This document shows positions 37,601-52,600 of a DNA stretch of 64,000 bases, piece by piece. Location of the stretch: NCBI GenBank assembly GCA_003344405.1, contig NOWV01000192.1, positions 1 through 64,000 on the forward strand. The letters run 5' to 3'. The stretch is from Trichoplax sp. H2. Lineage: Eukaryota. Made by a program: the position numbers and the translations under genes. Every line of letters begins with the position of its first letter. Within the stretch, counting starts at the first letter, position 1. The notes beneath the pieces were generated by a model that saw nothing but the letters and a program-made list of their open reading frames with translations, was not told the DNA's origin and searched no databases.

Positions 37601-40600
37601 GTTACCTGACCTATTTCGGAGAGACTAGCAACATTTGTTGGGACAGTAATTTCGATACTTTCTTCATCACTACCAACTAATTGAGATTAGTATTTACTAT
37701 AATGTCACTAGGCGATCAGCTGTAGAGAATATCTGTTCTGTAGTCGATTAGTCTAGGCAATTAGTTATGCCTTCAACTTGGAACAAAATCACAAATCCAA
37801 TTTATTAACCAAATTGGCTAACGTTTAAATAGCTATTTTAATGGTGTATGACCGCTTGAACTATATCAATGCCTCTAAGGACTACAATATGATTATTCTA
37901 GGTGATATTTCACATAAAATCTTTCATTCAAGACTTCTGTATACTCTATTCTAGTCCTATTAAATATAGAATTAATATTGGAAATATTTATGATTGTCGT
38001 CATTTCTTATCGAGCACATTTAGTATAAGATTTTAAACTAGAATATTCAAATTTTACAAATCAAGTTTATAATATATCGGCATTTAAGGATAGTGTCGGC
38101 TAAACTTGTTCCCAACATCTATATCTGGGAATCTACTGCTAAATCTAAGCATTACTATCTAAACCTAATAACATCAATCCAGTTAAGGTTACATCTTTAT
38201 TAAGAAAACATAAATATGATCGATCTTGGTCCTACTGCGTGTATTTACACTATATTTAGTAATAAAATAGCCTAAGAACCTGAATGGCAGTTGTCATGCC
38301 CTAATATTATTCAAATCTACATACATATGCTATACATATAAGAGCTTGTTACGTTAATTTTGTGTCCTGATATAATAAAATATAGTTGCTATATAAACGC
38401 AGTGAAATTGAGAATTAAATTATAACTTCTTCTACAACTTGTCGCTTTGCTTCATTGAGCAGCATGTGCGGTAAAGGGGACTCTTAGTCATCGAATAAAT
38501 TGAAATAAAATATTTCTCAATCCTACCTTACGTAGAAAATGCTATTACATAAATACTACTAATGGTTTTTCTTTACTTATTTAGATACTTAAGCAACAAT
38601 AAAATAGGAAAAATTGCAGAAGGAACTTTTGCGCAATTACCTTTTTTGAACTTAATGTAAATATGAAAGTATTAAATCGTAGAACTTAATTAAGGCCGAA
38701 TGGCTGAATTTCATCATCTAAATTTTGGTACTACTATTGATTTTTGAAATTATTTTGCATTAATAACTAATATAGAACTTTACAAAAAAATTCATTGACC
38801 TCTTTAAGTTCCGGAATGTTTCTAGGGTTGCGAAATTTATATTACTTGTAAGTTATCATATATAAGTATTAATTCGTTTAAATATGTATAAAAGCTTTCA
38901 GAAAGACGTTAAATAAGTTATCTAGTAATGAATTATTATTCTTGAAGTTATGACTAATAGAAATATTAGGCTTATTGATATCATAACGTGGCAATAATGC
39001 AATAATTAGCGAATTCGCCTAAGAGAAAGGTGTTCTTATTTTTAGTAATCAGTAACTTAAGAACTATATTGCAACATCTAACCTACTTACTACAATAAAG
39101 CTAAGGGTTTAAATTATCCATTAATTATCAATGTACAGGCCTTTTCATAAGAACGCGGGCATTGTTTTAATTTTTAGTAATTTTTCGAATAAATGCGGGA
39201 TAAATCGCCGTAACTTAGTTGAAATAGATTAATATTAGCAACAAAAGGAAGCTAAACTGAAAGAGTAATCAGGAATGCTGAGATTACTATAGGTATAAAT
39301 TAAAAATAACTATCAACAATTCGTGCAAATATTCTCTGCTCTATGAGCTCAAGATGACTTCACACCAGAAAAAGAGAAAATTTAGTACAAGTAATGCAAG
39401 ATGCTCGAAATAAATCGTACCACATTATAACCAGTCAATATTAAAGAGATATTGCTAAAGCTAGTTGTTCTTGCACTTAATAACTTGAACGATATATCTT
39501 ATTCTACTATACTATCATACCTCACAATAAAGTCTAGCCAAGCCAAATTAAGATAAAAATCATGTTATTACTATTTATAGAAAGATAGTTCACGTATGCT
39601 GTTTATAATAGAAAAAAAATATTTCATTAAAAGAATCTAATTCTATTGCTCGAAAAGACTTTAAATCCACTTATTCCAATAACATATACACCATGTTCAC
39701 TTTTGGTCAAGTGATTTTTTTCTAGGTTTTCAAAGTCTTTTCTTTAATAAATTATTTATCTAAATACTTAACAGATCTACTGCTTCACTAAGACATTATA
39801 TCTATAATCTAATTTGTAGTTTATGGAATAGTTGATTTATTGATTGTTATCACTAGTATCAATCATGGCTCTAGTATACTTAATTAAATAGATTAATATG
39901 AGAGTTCACAAAAATTCGAAATAAAATAAAGATTACGGCTAATGTCTATAATTGGCCATTATAAATTCTATTATTACAGTATTTATCTCACAATCTATTT
40001 TACTTAGTACGTTTAAGTAAATAGTAATCTAGATATAATGCTAGAGCTAAATGAAATATAGCAGTAAGAATTATCAAGAAATGATGATTTATTGAATTAG
40101 AAGTTAAATGTTAGGTTTATAATATAGGATATAGCTGATCTGTTACATCTGCATATACGTAAATGTCCATATTTTATGCAATTAAGTTCTTACAAGACTT
40201 CAATAGATTCTCTTTATTGTAACTTTAGGTACTTAAACGATAATAAAATTGCTACCATCGAAAATGGAACTTTTGCGTCTTTGCAATATTTGTATTTGCT
40301 GTAAGTTACTTTGTAATTGTCACGAAAGCAATCGTCGTGACGTTTACTTTATTTTTATGTTACGTTCTGTATATGTTTATATCTCAAAAACGTTTTACGG
40401 TTTCCCTAATTGTAATTTTAGTCGTTAAGAGATGGTATCCTTAATTTAGGATAAGATAAACTAAAATAGTAATTGCCACCCAGCTAAACTGGATTGTATC
40501 TTTCGACTCCAAAGTTGTTAAGGTTCAAAGTACAATTCCTAAGTTTAGAGGAAATGTCTTAGTAGGATAGGTTTATATGTATCCGTTAAACTATTAGTAA

Positions 40601-43600
40601 GCAATGATTATCTTAATACTGCTACAATAAATTTAATAGGATTAGACTGTATCTAATCTGTACAGATAGAATCTCTTAAAGGTATCAATTTGGTCAATTT
40701 CTAATAGACGAGGCGACTTGTGTAGTTAAACCGGTTTTAGGTACTGAAATCTATGTAAACAGCGAGTTCGCCGACAATAAATTAGATTGAGATTTTCTAG
40801 TAAGTTTTGAAGGTCTGGCTGTGTTAAATTTTATCTGCCTTAGAATACCAATTGTCTGGTATTCCGAATAACAGTAGTATAGGAAAGAAATTACTCTTTC
40901 AATCCTTGTTGCTAGTTAGGGTTATTCCTAGCTTGTAACCGTGTCACAACCAGCTTCGTGACAAGGATAACGTAAAATAAATCTCTAAATCTCTAAAAAT
41001 CTACGGATTCAGTATCCCTACTTACAAGAATTTAGACGCCTTTGATTCTACGTTAAACTCAACTAGACAATTGAGAACTGCTTTATTCAACTATCTGACG
41101 GGCTTATATACCCTTCTACAGCAGCTAACATTCATGAGTCATCCTATAAAAATAGTTAGGTGAGAACATCTACTAACTAATTTTTCACAGTCGGACTACA
41201 ACATGTTCATTCACAGAATCATTTCAGTGCACATTACAGCATAGCATTAAATTTACAGTAACGCATTTATAATTAGAGTAATTCCTATTGTAAGTAACTA
41301 GTTGTAATATATTATCACTATATTGTATTAACCAAATTTAGGTAGCTATTTCTTCACGGTAGTTCGTACCGTGACTGACCGTAATTATTTCTTTATCTTC
41401 TATACGGAACAAATATAATGGTACAAAAAATCGTGTTTGTTTCATGGGCTTGCAGCAAATACAATACCTACGCTAGTCTATTTGGTCATCATAAATAAGT
41501 TATTGCAATATTATTTGAAGCTTTTCGATTAATGACAAATATAGGAGCTTGGAAAGAAATCTGATACGTGCTTTGGATTCTTCTAGGATGTTCGAGAAAT
41601 TAACAAGATTGCAATACTTGTGAGCAAAAAATAAAAGTGAATTTAGATAAGAAATCATCTACAATTCATTAATTACTGATACCGAAAATAGAAAAATTAG
41701 AAAAGATTCATCCGTAATTGCTACCATCTACAATATTTATATGGTCTCTTAAGAATTGCCAAATTAGTTAATAAGCCTAAGCTGACTATTTTTAATTTAT
41801 AAACTTTGAAATATGAAAAATTCGATGCATATGTATCTCATTTTATAGATACATATAAAGTGTTTTAACGAATTGAATTAGTACATAATTATCTTTGAAT
41901 GTCTATGGAATTGTTATTATTATTTCAGATATCTAGGCGAAAATAAGATAGAAAAAATTGCAGACGGAACTTTTGGAAGCCTATACTACTTATACGAGCT
42001 GTAAGTTATCAGATCATTTGATATATACTCTTAGTTATCAATTTGATGACTTTAAAGCATAATTTACGTCTTAATATGCAGTATGTGTCTACAGACATCA
42101 GGTATAAATTTCAGGTTAAAAATTGATTTTCTTCTTTGATTTACGTTACCTAAGTGACAAAAAAATAATTTTCATACATAATACAGAAATCTACAAAAAA
42201 ATTTGTTGAAAGATTTAAATTCTCCGAAAATCTTCGAAGGACTATGGTATTTACAGAATCTGTACGTTAAATGCTTTGTAATTAGCAACAATAAATAATT
42301 ATAGAAAAATGAAATAATTGACGCTAATCTAGTTTACAAAGTTTCATAAGTTGTTTTCATTTCGGCTTTAAAATGATATCAATAACAATACTGTGCTGTT
42401 TTTCCTACAGCTAGCTATACTTAAAACTAATTACTAATAATTAATTCCCCAGTATGTTTATTAAAATAATTTATTACTTATAATTTCTTGTTTAGTATCA
42501 TGGTGGAATAATACTTTTAGTGTTATGAAGTACAAATCTTATAATTTTGGACATAAATGTACTTAAATAGAAATAGATCTTAGAATAGGACATTTATGTT
42601 CATAGAAGATGGAAGTATTTAGTGATTACCCAATACCTTATTGTTACTCAATTTTTAGTAAAACTTTTATTAGAGTATTTTGATATAAGGATGATGATTA
42701 CATGTTTAATGTTATAGTTGCTATATGTTCCATTAGACAAGGATCTTGTAAATAGTGAAATAATGTGAGAAAACCTGTTTATATGTTTACTAGAGTGATG
42801 AACGCTAAATTGAGATATAGTAATAGCAATAAGAACTTGCTTACGACATACATTTTCTATATAACAAGAGTCAATCTCGAAATGAAAATAACTGTTCTTA
42901 ACAAATTTGATCCTAACTTGAGTTTGTGAGTAAATTATTTTATATTTTCCTTGTTCTAAACAGTAAGTTATAACCTGCATTGGTAAAACTTAGATTGAGT
43001 AATTATACACGGCTAATTCTTAGGTTATCGACCGACTTCCTTCTAAAGGAGTCGGCCTCTTGTATCCTTCGTAGTACGTTGACAAATATATTGGCAATAT
43101 TATTTTCCCTTGAAAGATCGTCTTTTAAACCTAATTCGACTTAGTATATAGTTTACCGCATAAAGTCCAGTACCTTGTAAGGTTCCTAAAAGTGCGAGAT
43201 CTTCACTAGAGAATGATTGTCACGAACCAGTAAATATACCGAAGACAATTTACCTTTTTCTAGAGTTTGCGATTTTCTTGACATAACTAGCCCACTCAGG
43301 TCTAACGTTGTCCTTTTAATTATGATTACCAAAGATTAAATTATAGAATCAATTTTTCTAGATGCTACTACTATTTACGATGTTTATATGGGCTCATAAG
43401 AATATTAAATTAATTAACATGCCAATGCTAACGATTTTTAATCAATGAACTTTAAATTTACAAATTTCAATATATAAATATAAACCATTTCACAGATAAG
43501 AATTGTTTAAATAAATTGAATTTATAGATAACTACCCTTGCATATCTATTGAATTGCTATCATTTATTCAGATATTTAGATCAAAATAAGATAGAAAAAA

Positions 43601-46600
43601 TTGCAGACAGAGCCTTTGCAAGCCTTTACAACTTATATGTACTGTAAGTAATCAGATCATTTGACAGATATATACTTTAAGTTATCAGATAGATAGCTTT
43701 GAAGTAAAGCTTAAATCTCAATATGAGTGTCTAGAGATATTATTGTAAATTTCAGGCTGACCATTTATATTCTTCTTTAATTTGTGTATCCTACATGATT
43801 AGAAAATATTTTTTATATAAATATTATAGAGGTTTAGGAAAAAATCTTTTAAATTACTTAAATTCTCCAAAAATGTTCGAAGGACCATCGTATTTAGGCT
43901 ATCTGTAAGTTGAATGCTTTATAATTAGCAAAAGTAAATAGCTACAGTCAAATTTAGTCGTCGATATTAACCAAGTTTTTAAAGTTTCATGAATTTCTTT
44001 GTTTTGAATTTAAATGAAATCAATAATAACACTGTGCTGATTTATGAGATATCGACAATAAGATCATTATGCGACAGATTAATTCAGAATAACAGAAGTG
44101 CAATATATATATATACCGATCACGAAATTCCAAATTTTAGAAAAATAAGGACTTTATTGAATCTTATACAAAGATTAACTACACACAGCTCTACTCTAGC
44201 CGAATACTACTACTAAAGACTTCTAGAACGAACTAACATAATAATCCAAGTTGCATGCTTTTATACTTTTCGTAGCATTCGCAGCTACAATCCGCACGAC
44301 AACATTTTACCTTATTTTACACATACTTAAATTATTCTTAGTAACACTATTCTACTGAGAACCATCATTAATCCGATTTGGATACGACTACAGTACTTAT
44401 GTCGGCATTATTCACACTAGCCAAAGTACAATGAATTAACCATATCCTAATATATGATTTATGGTTCTATTTTTACCTATAACCTTATTAGTAACTCAAC
44501 ACCTTGCTTTATATAGTCATCTATACTCTAGCATAGAGTCTATACCACTACAGTCTATAGTTATAGCTACCAAATATCTCTTAGAATAAATATAGAAGTT
44601 ACGCTACCGTACATTATACTAAACATGGCTAACAGTCTACAATCGCAGTACTAAGTTACATTACATACAATCATCATATTTCTTCAAGTTTTATTGTAGT
44701 GGCAAGGAGAGCTAGCATATTAATAGTTACAAAAAATTGCTATTTAATAAAGAAGAAATTAAACAAAATCCAACCACTTAATAAATGACAATGCAAGATA
44801 TTAATTAATAATAAAATATTAATCTTAACTAATTTTAGTTACATGGAAGAAAATAAAATAGAAAGAATTGAAGATAGCATATTTGCAAGCATCAAACGAC
44901 TCAAGACTTTGTACAAATAAAATAAAACGGCTTTAAATTACTTAACTGATTCAATATTATCAAAATTTTAACTAGCAACTTATTCTTCATTTTCCTATGA
45001 TGATGTACGATGCAGATATTTGAATGGAAATTTGATACAGACTCTCATTTCTCCAGGCATATTTAAAGGATTGACGCACTTGACAGAATTGTAAGATGTA
45101 TTTAGATATATTAGTCGTACTATCTTTATATCTAAATGTTGATTTTTACAAATATAAGAGGCATGACATGAATCGCACGAATATTGGAAATAGTTCATAT
45201 ATGTTATTGTCACAAAACAGCTTTACAACAAGATAGCGTAATGTACAATCAATCAGTCAATTCCCTGAACCACGTATCGGGGAGCAATATCTACTCTTTC
45301 AGGAACGCTTTTCCTATACTAGCTAACTACAAGAAGACTTAGATGTTTCGTTTTTTACGTTAAATACAAATCTTTAGAACTCTCTTTATTATACGATATA
45401 TTACATTTATATACTCTTTTACAATGGCAAAGACATACTAGTTAGTAATATTAACGTTGAAACCTTCTAATGAATCAAAAGCTAATTTTATCTACCGCTA
45501 CCCAATGAAGACAACAATATTTACGAACATAGCCATCGAATAACTAGTACAAATTTTGTCAAATTACAATATGTTTTATCACGAAACATTTCCACGATAA
45601 TCTATAATTTACCAAAATTAAATTACAATCACAGTGATTTGAATTGTAAGAAGTTATTTAGATTCCCTAATTAAACTACTAATTAACATAGATTTTTCTA
45701 CTATAATCTAGATATTGTAGTATATAACACTGTAAGAGCTATAGACTGATCAGTTAAACAGACGATCTTTTAGTTCCTTCATGATACCTTAACATAGTGT
45801 TGATATTTTATGAGGTTTTAATTAATGTTAGTATGTATAAAGCCTTATCAAAAAATCTAATTCCTCGATTTTGCTTGTTATATTCAGCACCAAATATCTG
45901 TGAATGTACTTTAATTTCGCAGTACTTCCCGAACTTTACATTGATTAAGACGAAGGATAACACTACAAAAAAATACGTCTGTTAAGATCATGGAATTATC
46001 GTACTTTTTTGAAACCTATATTCGCTTCATTTCATAAATTACACTACTATAGCTTTTATGTTCAGTTTAAAAATTTATAAACATGCCCGTAACCTATTTT
46101 TAGATAGCTAACTACGAAAAGGTTTGATAGCTTAGTGATTTTTCTACATCAAAAGATAATCAGAATGTGCATAATACAGTTTCATTATTTTCTCTACATT
46201 CTTCTTATAAATATAGGTGGTTTTTAAAAATACTTGACAAATTTTAATATTATATTCTTACTTATTAAGAATAGTTTATTAAGATAATTAGATAAGACAA
46301 ATGTTGCATATTAAACTACGGTATTAAGTAAATATTTAATGCTAGATAAATGTTAATGTTCGAATGCTTGGCTTAACTTTTGATGTCCTTTGATGAGAAA
46401 TGTATGCTTACCAGCAGAAAATGTAGTGAATCGTTGTAGCCAGAGTGGCATATCATACTCACTTTATGATCTGGTTAATGTCTATCTGAAATTATAATTG
46501 AAATTTGTGTAACGAAAAGTACGATATTGATATCATTGTTAAGATTCGGTTAGTTGTCGACTATCTTTGGTCGATGACTAATGTTTTAAAGTAGATGTAC

Positions 46601-49600
46601 AAGAGTATCATAGATACTATAATGCAGAAGATAGTAATAGCGAAGTATTTTCCTCCATTTATAGGAGACTGAACGAAAATAGAATATCTCTAATTGCCGA
46701 TGGAGTACTAGCCCCACTTGTCAGATTAATTTATTTGTAAGTTGCTATAAATCTTGAAATGCTTTCCTATGTAACTGTTATGGCATAAATAATTACAAAA
46801 GCTACTTCTGAGTGTAGTATTACTAATATAACTAACAATCAAAGACTGACTACTTCTGGTTTTGCAAATTTGCTGTCATATAATTTACGGCTATTTAACA
46901 ATCGTATTCCTAATTTTAGCGGTAATATTTCTGGCTGATAACCGACACGTACCTGTAATACCGTTGCTTGCCTGAACGAATGTTAATCAATTAATTTTAC
47001 TGCGTAATAGTTAAAATATTTTATCGAGTTCCATAAAACCACTAGTAAATACTCTTAGTTGCAAATTTCGACAGTAATTACATTATTAAAATATTAGTAG
47101 TGCAATGTAGCGAGTGTTTCCAAAATTGTTAGTCAGCGTGTACAGAGCAAAGCGCAAGTTATGATCGATTTCTTTATGTCATCAAAATTATGGGCATGAA
47201 CCATAGCTTACTATTACGACCTATGTTGACACACAAAGATATATGTCACAAACCAACTTCGTGACAAAGATAACGTAAAACAAATCTCTAAATTACTATA
47301 GTCTCCGGGATTAAGTATCTCTTAACTACCTCACAAGAATTTAGGCGCCTTTGCTTCTACGTTAAAACAACTATATAACTCTTTTTTTATTCAACTACCT
47401 GCCGAGCTTAAATACCCTTCGGCAGCAGCTACCATGTATGAGTCATAACAGTTCACAAAATTTAGGTCAAATTGGATAGCCAAGTTAATACAGACATTAT
47501 TCATAATTTTGGACTTTTACTGAACGATTCTAGATGATTAGACTACAGTATGTCCTCACGCAGAATTATTTATAGTATCAACTATAATTGAATATCTTCA
47601 GGATATTCATCACAAGCGTTACAAGACATAGTACTATAATCAATTAATATTAGTTACCTTGTGAAAACTCTTACTACAACATAGCATAATTTTCTGCAAC
47701 AAAATAATAACTACTGTAGTTGTTACTGTAAATCATTATTAGTTATCTCCATATGTAAATGTTAAACACTAAATTTAGTCATTTACTCTTCACTGTGGTT
47801 CGTACCGTGACAATATAATATAAAATGGGGATATTGTACCTTCGATGATCCAGTAAAACTGCCCCGTAGCTTAATATTGAGTAGAAGTTCTCCTCAATTA
47901 TTAGTCTCTGTATTAATATTATTGGTACTACTCTACCTTGTATCCTACAGAGAACTTTATGATCAACTTGTATACCGTGCTACTTTATTTTTGGCTTTTT
48001 AGTTCAATTTACGAAGTTAAGTACTACTCATCCAATCGGCTATTCAACTCCTAATTTTTTTGATGAACAAACTTTATTAGCTAATAAGTTTTGTGCTTTG
48101 AGTTTGCTATCGTTACTCTTATACACTCACAAAAATAAGATAAAAGAAAGCAGCTTAGAAAGCAGTATCTAACAGCTAAATCTCAACTCATCAAAACGGT
48201 TCCAATGTAACCTTAAAGCAATCTAGTAATAACTTACCGGTATACTTATATAATAACACAAAATTAAAGCAGTTCAGGAAATATTATTTAATAGTAAATA
48301 CTCACTAGCCAAAATGATTCTAATGCTACATTAATTTAATCTAGTTTTAACCTACATATACACTTAAAATAATAATATAAAATAAGAATGGTTCCAGAGG
48401 AATATTCATTAGCGAAATATCAACCCACTAAAAGTATTTCCATCCCAAAATTAATTCTGTCGATTGAGGCCTTTTAATTTACCAAGACTGTATAAAAATT
48501 GCTATGAATCAAAATAAGCCCTTTTATACTGTCTTTACTTCAGTAAAACACAAAATTATAGCTATTCGTAATATAGAAATTAACCTTAATCTTCTCGAAT
48601 ATTCGATAAGTAAAGTTCCATACTCCAAATAGTAGATACCATAGTTATTGCGTCAAGTTACTTCTTTAAGGTAGTCAGTTTTATCTATATCGAATTTGCT
48701 GTCGATAGCTGTTTTGAGCAGAAATTAATGAAATGACTGAATCTGCGAGCATAATAGGTAACTCAGATAACAATTTTGCTTCAACTAAGATAACTATATT
48801 GTATAAATGGGACTGTTAGAGTAACGGAAAATGACGAGTTTTACGATTCATAGTTTTGTGACTATTACGTAAGGTAAAGGGCATTTAGGTTACTAAGTAA
48901 TCTAGAAAAGATAGATTTGGGCAGTATCACAAAAAACAGCTTTGCAACAAGATAACGCAATGTACGGTCAATAAGTCAATTCCTTGAACCATGTATCAAG
49001 GAACAATATCTGCACTATCACAAATACTTTTGCTCTACTAGCAGACTACACAAAGACTTAGACGCCTCGTATTTACGTTAAATACTAAGTTTGAGAATAT
49101 ACTTTATTACACGATATGCTGCATTTATATACTCTTCCTCAATAGCACATGAGTCATAGTTAGTACGATTAACTTTGGAATCATTCACTGAATTAGACAT
49201 TAATTTTAGCTACTGCTTCCTAATGCAGACAACAGTATTTACGAACACAGACATCTGATGACTAATACAGAATAGTCAGATTACGATATGTCCTATCACA
49301 AGACATTTCCACGATAATTTACAATCTACCATAAGTAAGTTACAATCACAAAGATTCGAACTGTAAGTATATGATTTGCATTCACAAATAGAACTATTAA
49401 TTTCAGTATATATATATATATCACTGTCATATAAAGCCAGTGCTATATTAAAACACAGTATATCCAAATTAGAAGTTAACTAAACAAGGATAGGCTAACA
49501 AAATTATCCTAATAGAAATAATTCTACTCTAATACAGTACAGTATATAACACTGTAACAAGCAGTAATTTAACTATAGGGTTTTTACTCCATACCGCCTT

Positions 49601-52600
49601 GTCATTCAGATAACTTTTTATAACAAATGTGCGGTGATAATTTATAACTTAAATCGAAAATCATTATAACTTATACATAATACTCCTGAGTATACAGGTC
49701 CATTATGAGATTTAAATTAGTTTTTAAATTGTCTGGTCTATCGAGCATCATTATCTAGAGTTAATGTTTTACACAAATATTAATTAAGTTCACAGTAACG
49801 TTATTAAAACTAGCACTGGTAACAGAATAATACATTTGTACTATTTCTTAGCTTACAACATCATGCAATTATGAGCAATACTTCTAACATAACTTATAGA
49901 TGGCTCTAACAAGAAATTTATAACTTAATTAGTTTTAAGTATCGGGAAATTGGTTACATAGCTACGGATCAGTGTTCGATGTTTTACAATCTGAATTGAA
50001 CTTAACATTTCTTTCAATGGAACTGTTCAATTATTAGCCATTTGGATACTAATGGAATACGAGACTTGCGCTCCATAAGCTTCAGAGGTTTGACTACAGT
50101 GACCTATCTGTAAGTTATAAATGAAGACAGCAGAGTGTGTTCAAGTTTTTCCATTTGTTATGCTACATTTAGCTTTAACATTCTAGCATCAAAAAGTTAT
50201 TATTTATCTATTAAAATTATAGAAATCTTGCTAGGAACAGGATTACTGAATTAACTGCTGGAATATTTAGACAAATGCCTGCACTATCAAAATTGTTAGG
50301 AATCATTGTTTCGTGATACTATACCGTGATATTAACTCGTACAATTTAAACTATCATTACTGTATCACCAGCAAATTTGTAAATTCTTCGTAGATATTTT
50401 TCAATTCTTTAATTATTTCAAACCTTCATTAAATTTTTCAAATCTTATAGAATAAAATATTAAATATGATTATTTCATGTATTCCGTTAGGTCGATAAAC
50501 ACAAATTTAATTAACTCAATAAGCCGAGAATCCTGGCAAGGCATAAATAAATTAAAGGAATTGTAAGACAGAATATACAATAAGCTAGGACCTAATAGAA
50601 TGAAATCTATTTATATTTGAAATAATACATTGCAATTTAAATTCTATGAAGAATACTTAGAGTTATATAAACTATGAATTGCGTAAATATTGATTATGAT
50701 AAGGAATGACCATATTTTATTTTTGAGACGACATTTAGGGCAGTGACTAAATTAAAATTTTATGATACATTTGCAGAATTAACAAAATTTATAACCCTCA
50801 CAGTTTATATTTTTTCAAGATCATTACAAGCACATTTCATGCCTTTTAACGATTACTGAAAAACCATTAATCACTATCTTCTCATGACAAAGTTGCATAT
50901 TCATACTAAAATACTTACGATACATCTCTTCATTACTAAATTTATAAGATACCTATATCACTAAGATATTATTGATCCATCCATAGAGATCTTGCCATTA
51001 ATGCTATTGAAGATTTTGGCAAATACGATTTTTCTTCGCTTGCTTATTTGGAAGATTTGTTAGTAGTTATTGTACCTATATTGTATTAAAAATAGATTAC
51101 TTAATAACGATGAGTAAATTTATAAACACTCAATTGTAATGATACTAGAAATGCCATAGCAAAAGGAGGATTTCTTGGCAGTAATAACCCAAATTTTTAC
51201 TTTATAGGAGATTAAGTGTCAACAATTTGGTTTTCTTGGGAGATTTTATATTTTCAAATCTATCTAATGTTCATACACTGTAGGTTGATCATAATTTTAG
51301 GTCACATATCCAATTAAATTAATTATGAGTGTGTTTCATCTACTTACTGAACTTGTGTAGCAGATCGTGTTAAAATTTCTTCCTTAAACAAAATTTTTCA
51401 CCTCTAGCGGAATACATGGAAACAAATTAGCCAATATTAAAACTTATTCATTTTACGGCCTTTGGAAATTGAAAACTCTGTATGGCATAATCATTTAATT
51501 TAATGACCCACAAAAAAAAGACCGAAGCAATCTTCGTTTACTTCCTTTTATATTAAAATTAATATTTTAAATTTCTTAAATAGACTTATTTATAATAACG
51601 AAATTGAAATAATTCAGCCCCAGTCTTTTTCGAATCTAACGAAACTTTCATTCATGTAAGTCTTTTGATTTAGATAAAGTACCTTAAAACTGAATTGTAC
51701 AACAGTTTGCCTTCAGTTCTCTGTCCATAAGAATTCATAACTTAACTGTTACAATGCTATATAATGTAATATCGAGATTAGAATAGAATTATTTACGTTA
51801 GGATCATTTTGTTAGTTTACCCTTATTTAGTGAGTTTGTAATTTAGATATGCGATGTTTAAATAAAGCACTAGTTTTTATGGCAGTGATACATATAGATA
51901 CACCGCACTAAAATTGGTAGTTAAATTAGGGAGTGGCGAATAATCTTCTTACAATATAAATCACAGTGATTGTAACTTACTTATGGTAGATTGTAGATTA
52001 TCGTGGAAATGATCCGTGATAGAACATATTGTAATCTGTCTATTTTGTATTAGTCATTAAATGCCTATGTTCCTAAATACTTTTGTCTTCATTAGGTAGT
52101 AGTAGGTAAAATTAGATTTTGATTCATTAGAAGCTTCAACATTAATATTATTAACTAGGATGACTAAACTATTGTAAAAGAGTAAATAAATGCGGTATAT
52201 TGTAAAATAAAGTAAGTTCTTAAGAAATAGTGTTTAACGTAAAATAGGAGGCGTCTAAGTCTTTTTGTAGTTCACTAGTATAAGAAAAATGTTCCTGATG
52301 GGGTAGATATTGTTCCCTGATACGTTGTTCAGGGAATTAATTTATCGATCATACATTACGTTATCTTGTTGCAAAGCTGCTTTGTCACTGTGATAAAATC
52401 CAACCACGAAAATTCCAAAATTGTAGAAAATTAGAACTTTATTAGATCTAATACAAAGACTAGCCACACACAGCTGTACTCTAGCCGAATGAAACTACTG
52501 AAAAACTTCTAGAAAGAACAATCAGATAATCTAATATCTCCTGCTTTATGCTCTCCATAGCCTTTGCAGCTAAAGTCAGCATAACAGCATTCTAACACAT

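Noticed and set aside
37600-43350. Further possible insertions in large gene 2 introns (~37600-38500, ~39250-39950, ~42480-43350) and at ~21020-21490 and ~22568-22790
   Set aside because: Only weak similarity to families C, F or H; ends and TSDs could not be fixed by eye, so they were left uncalled.
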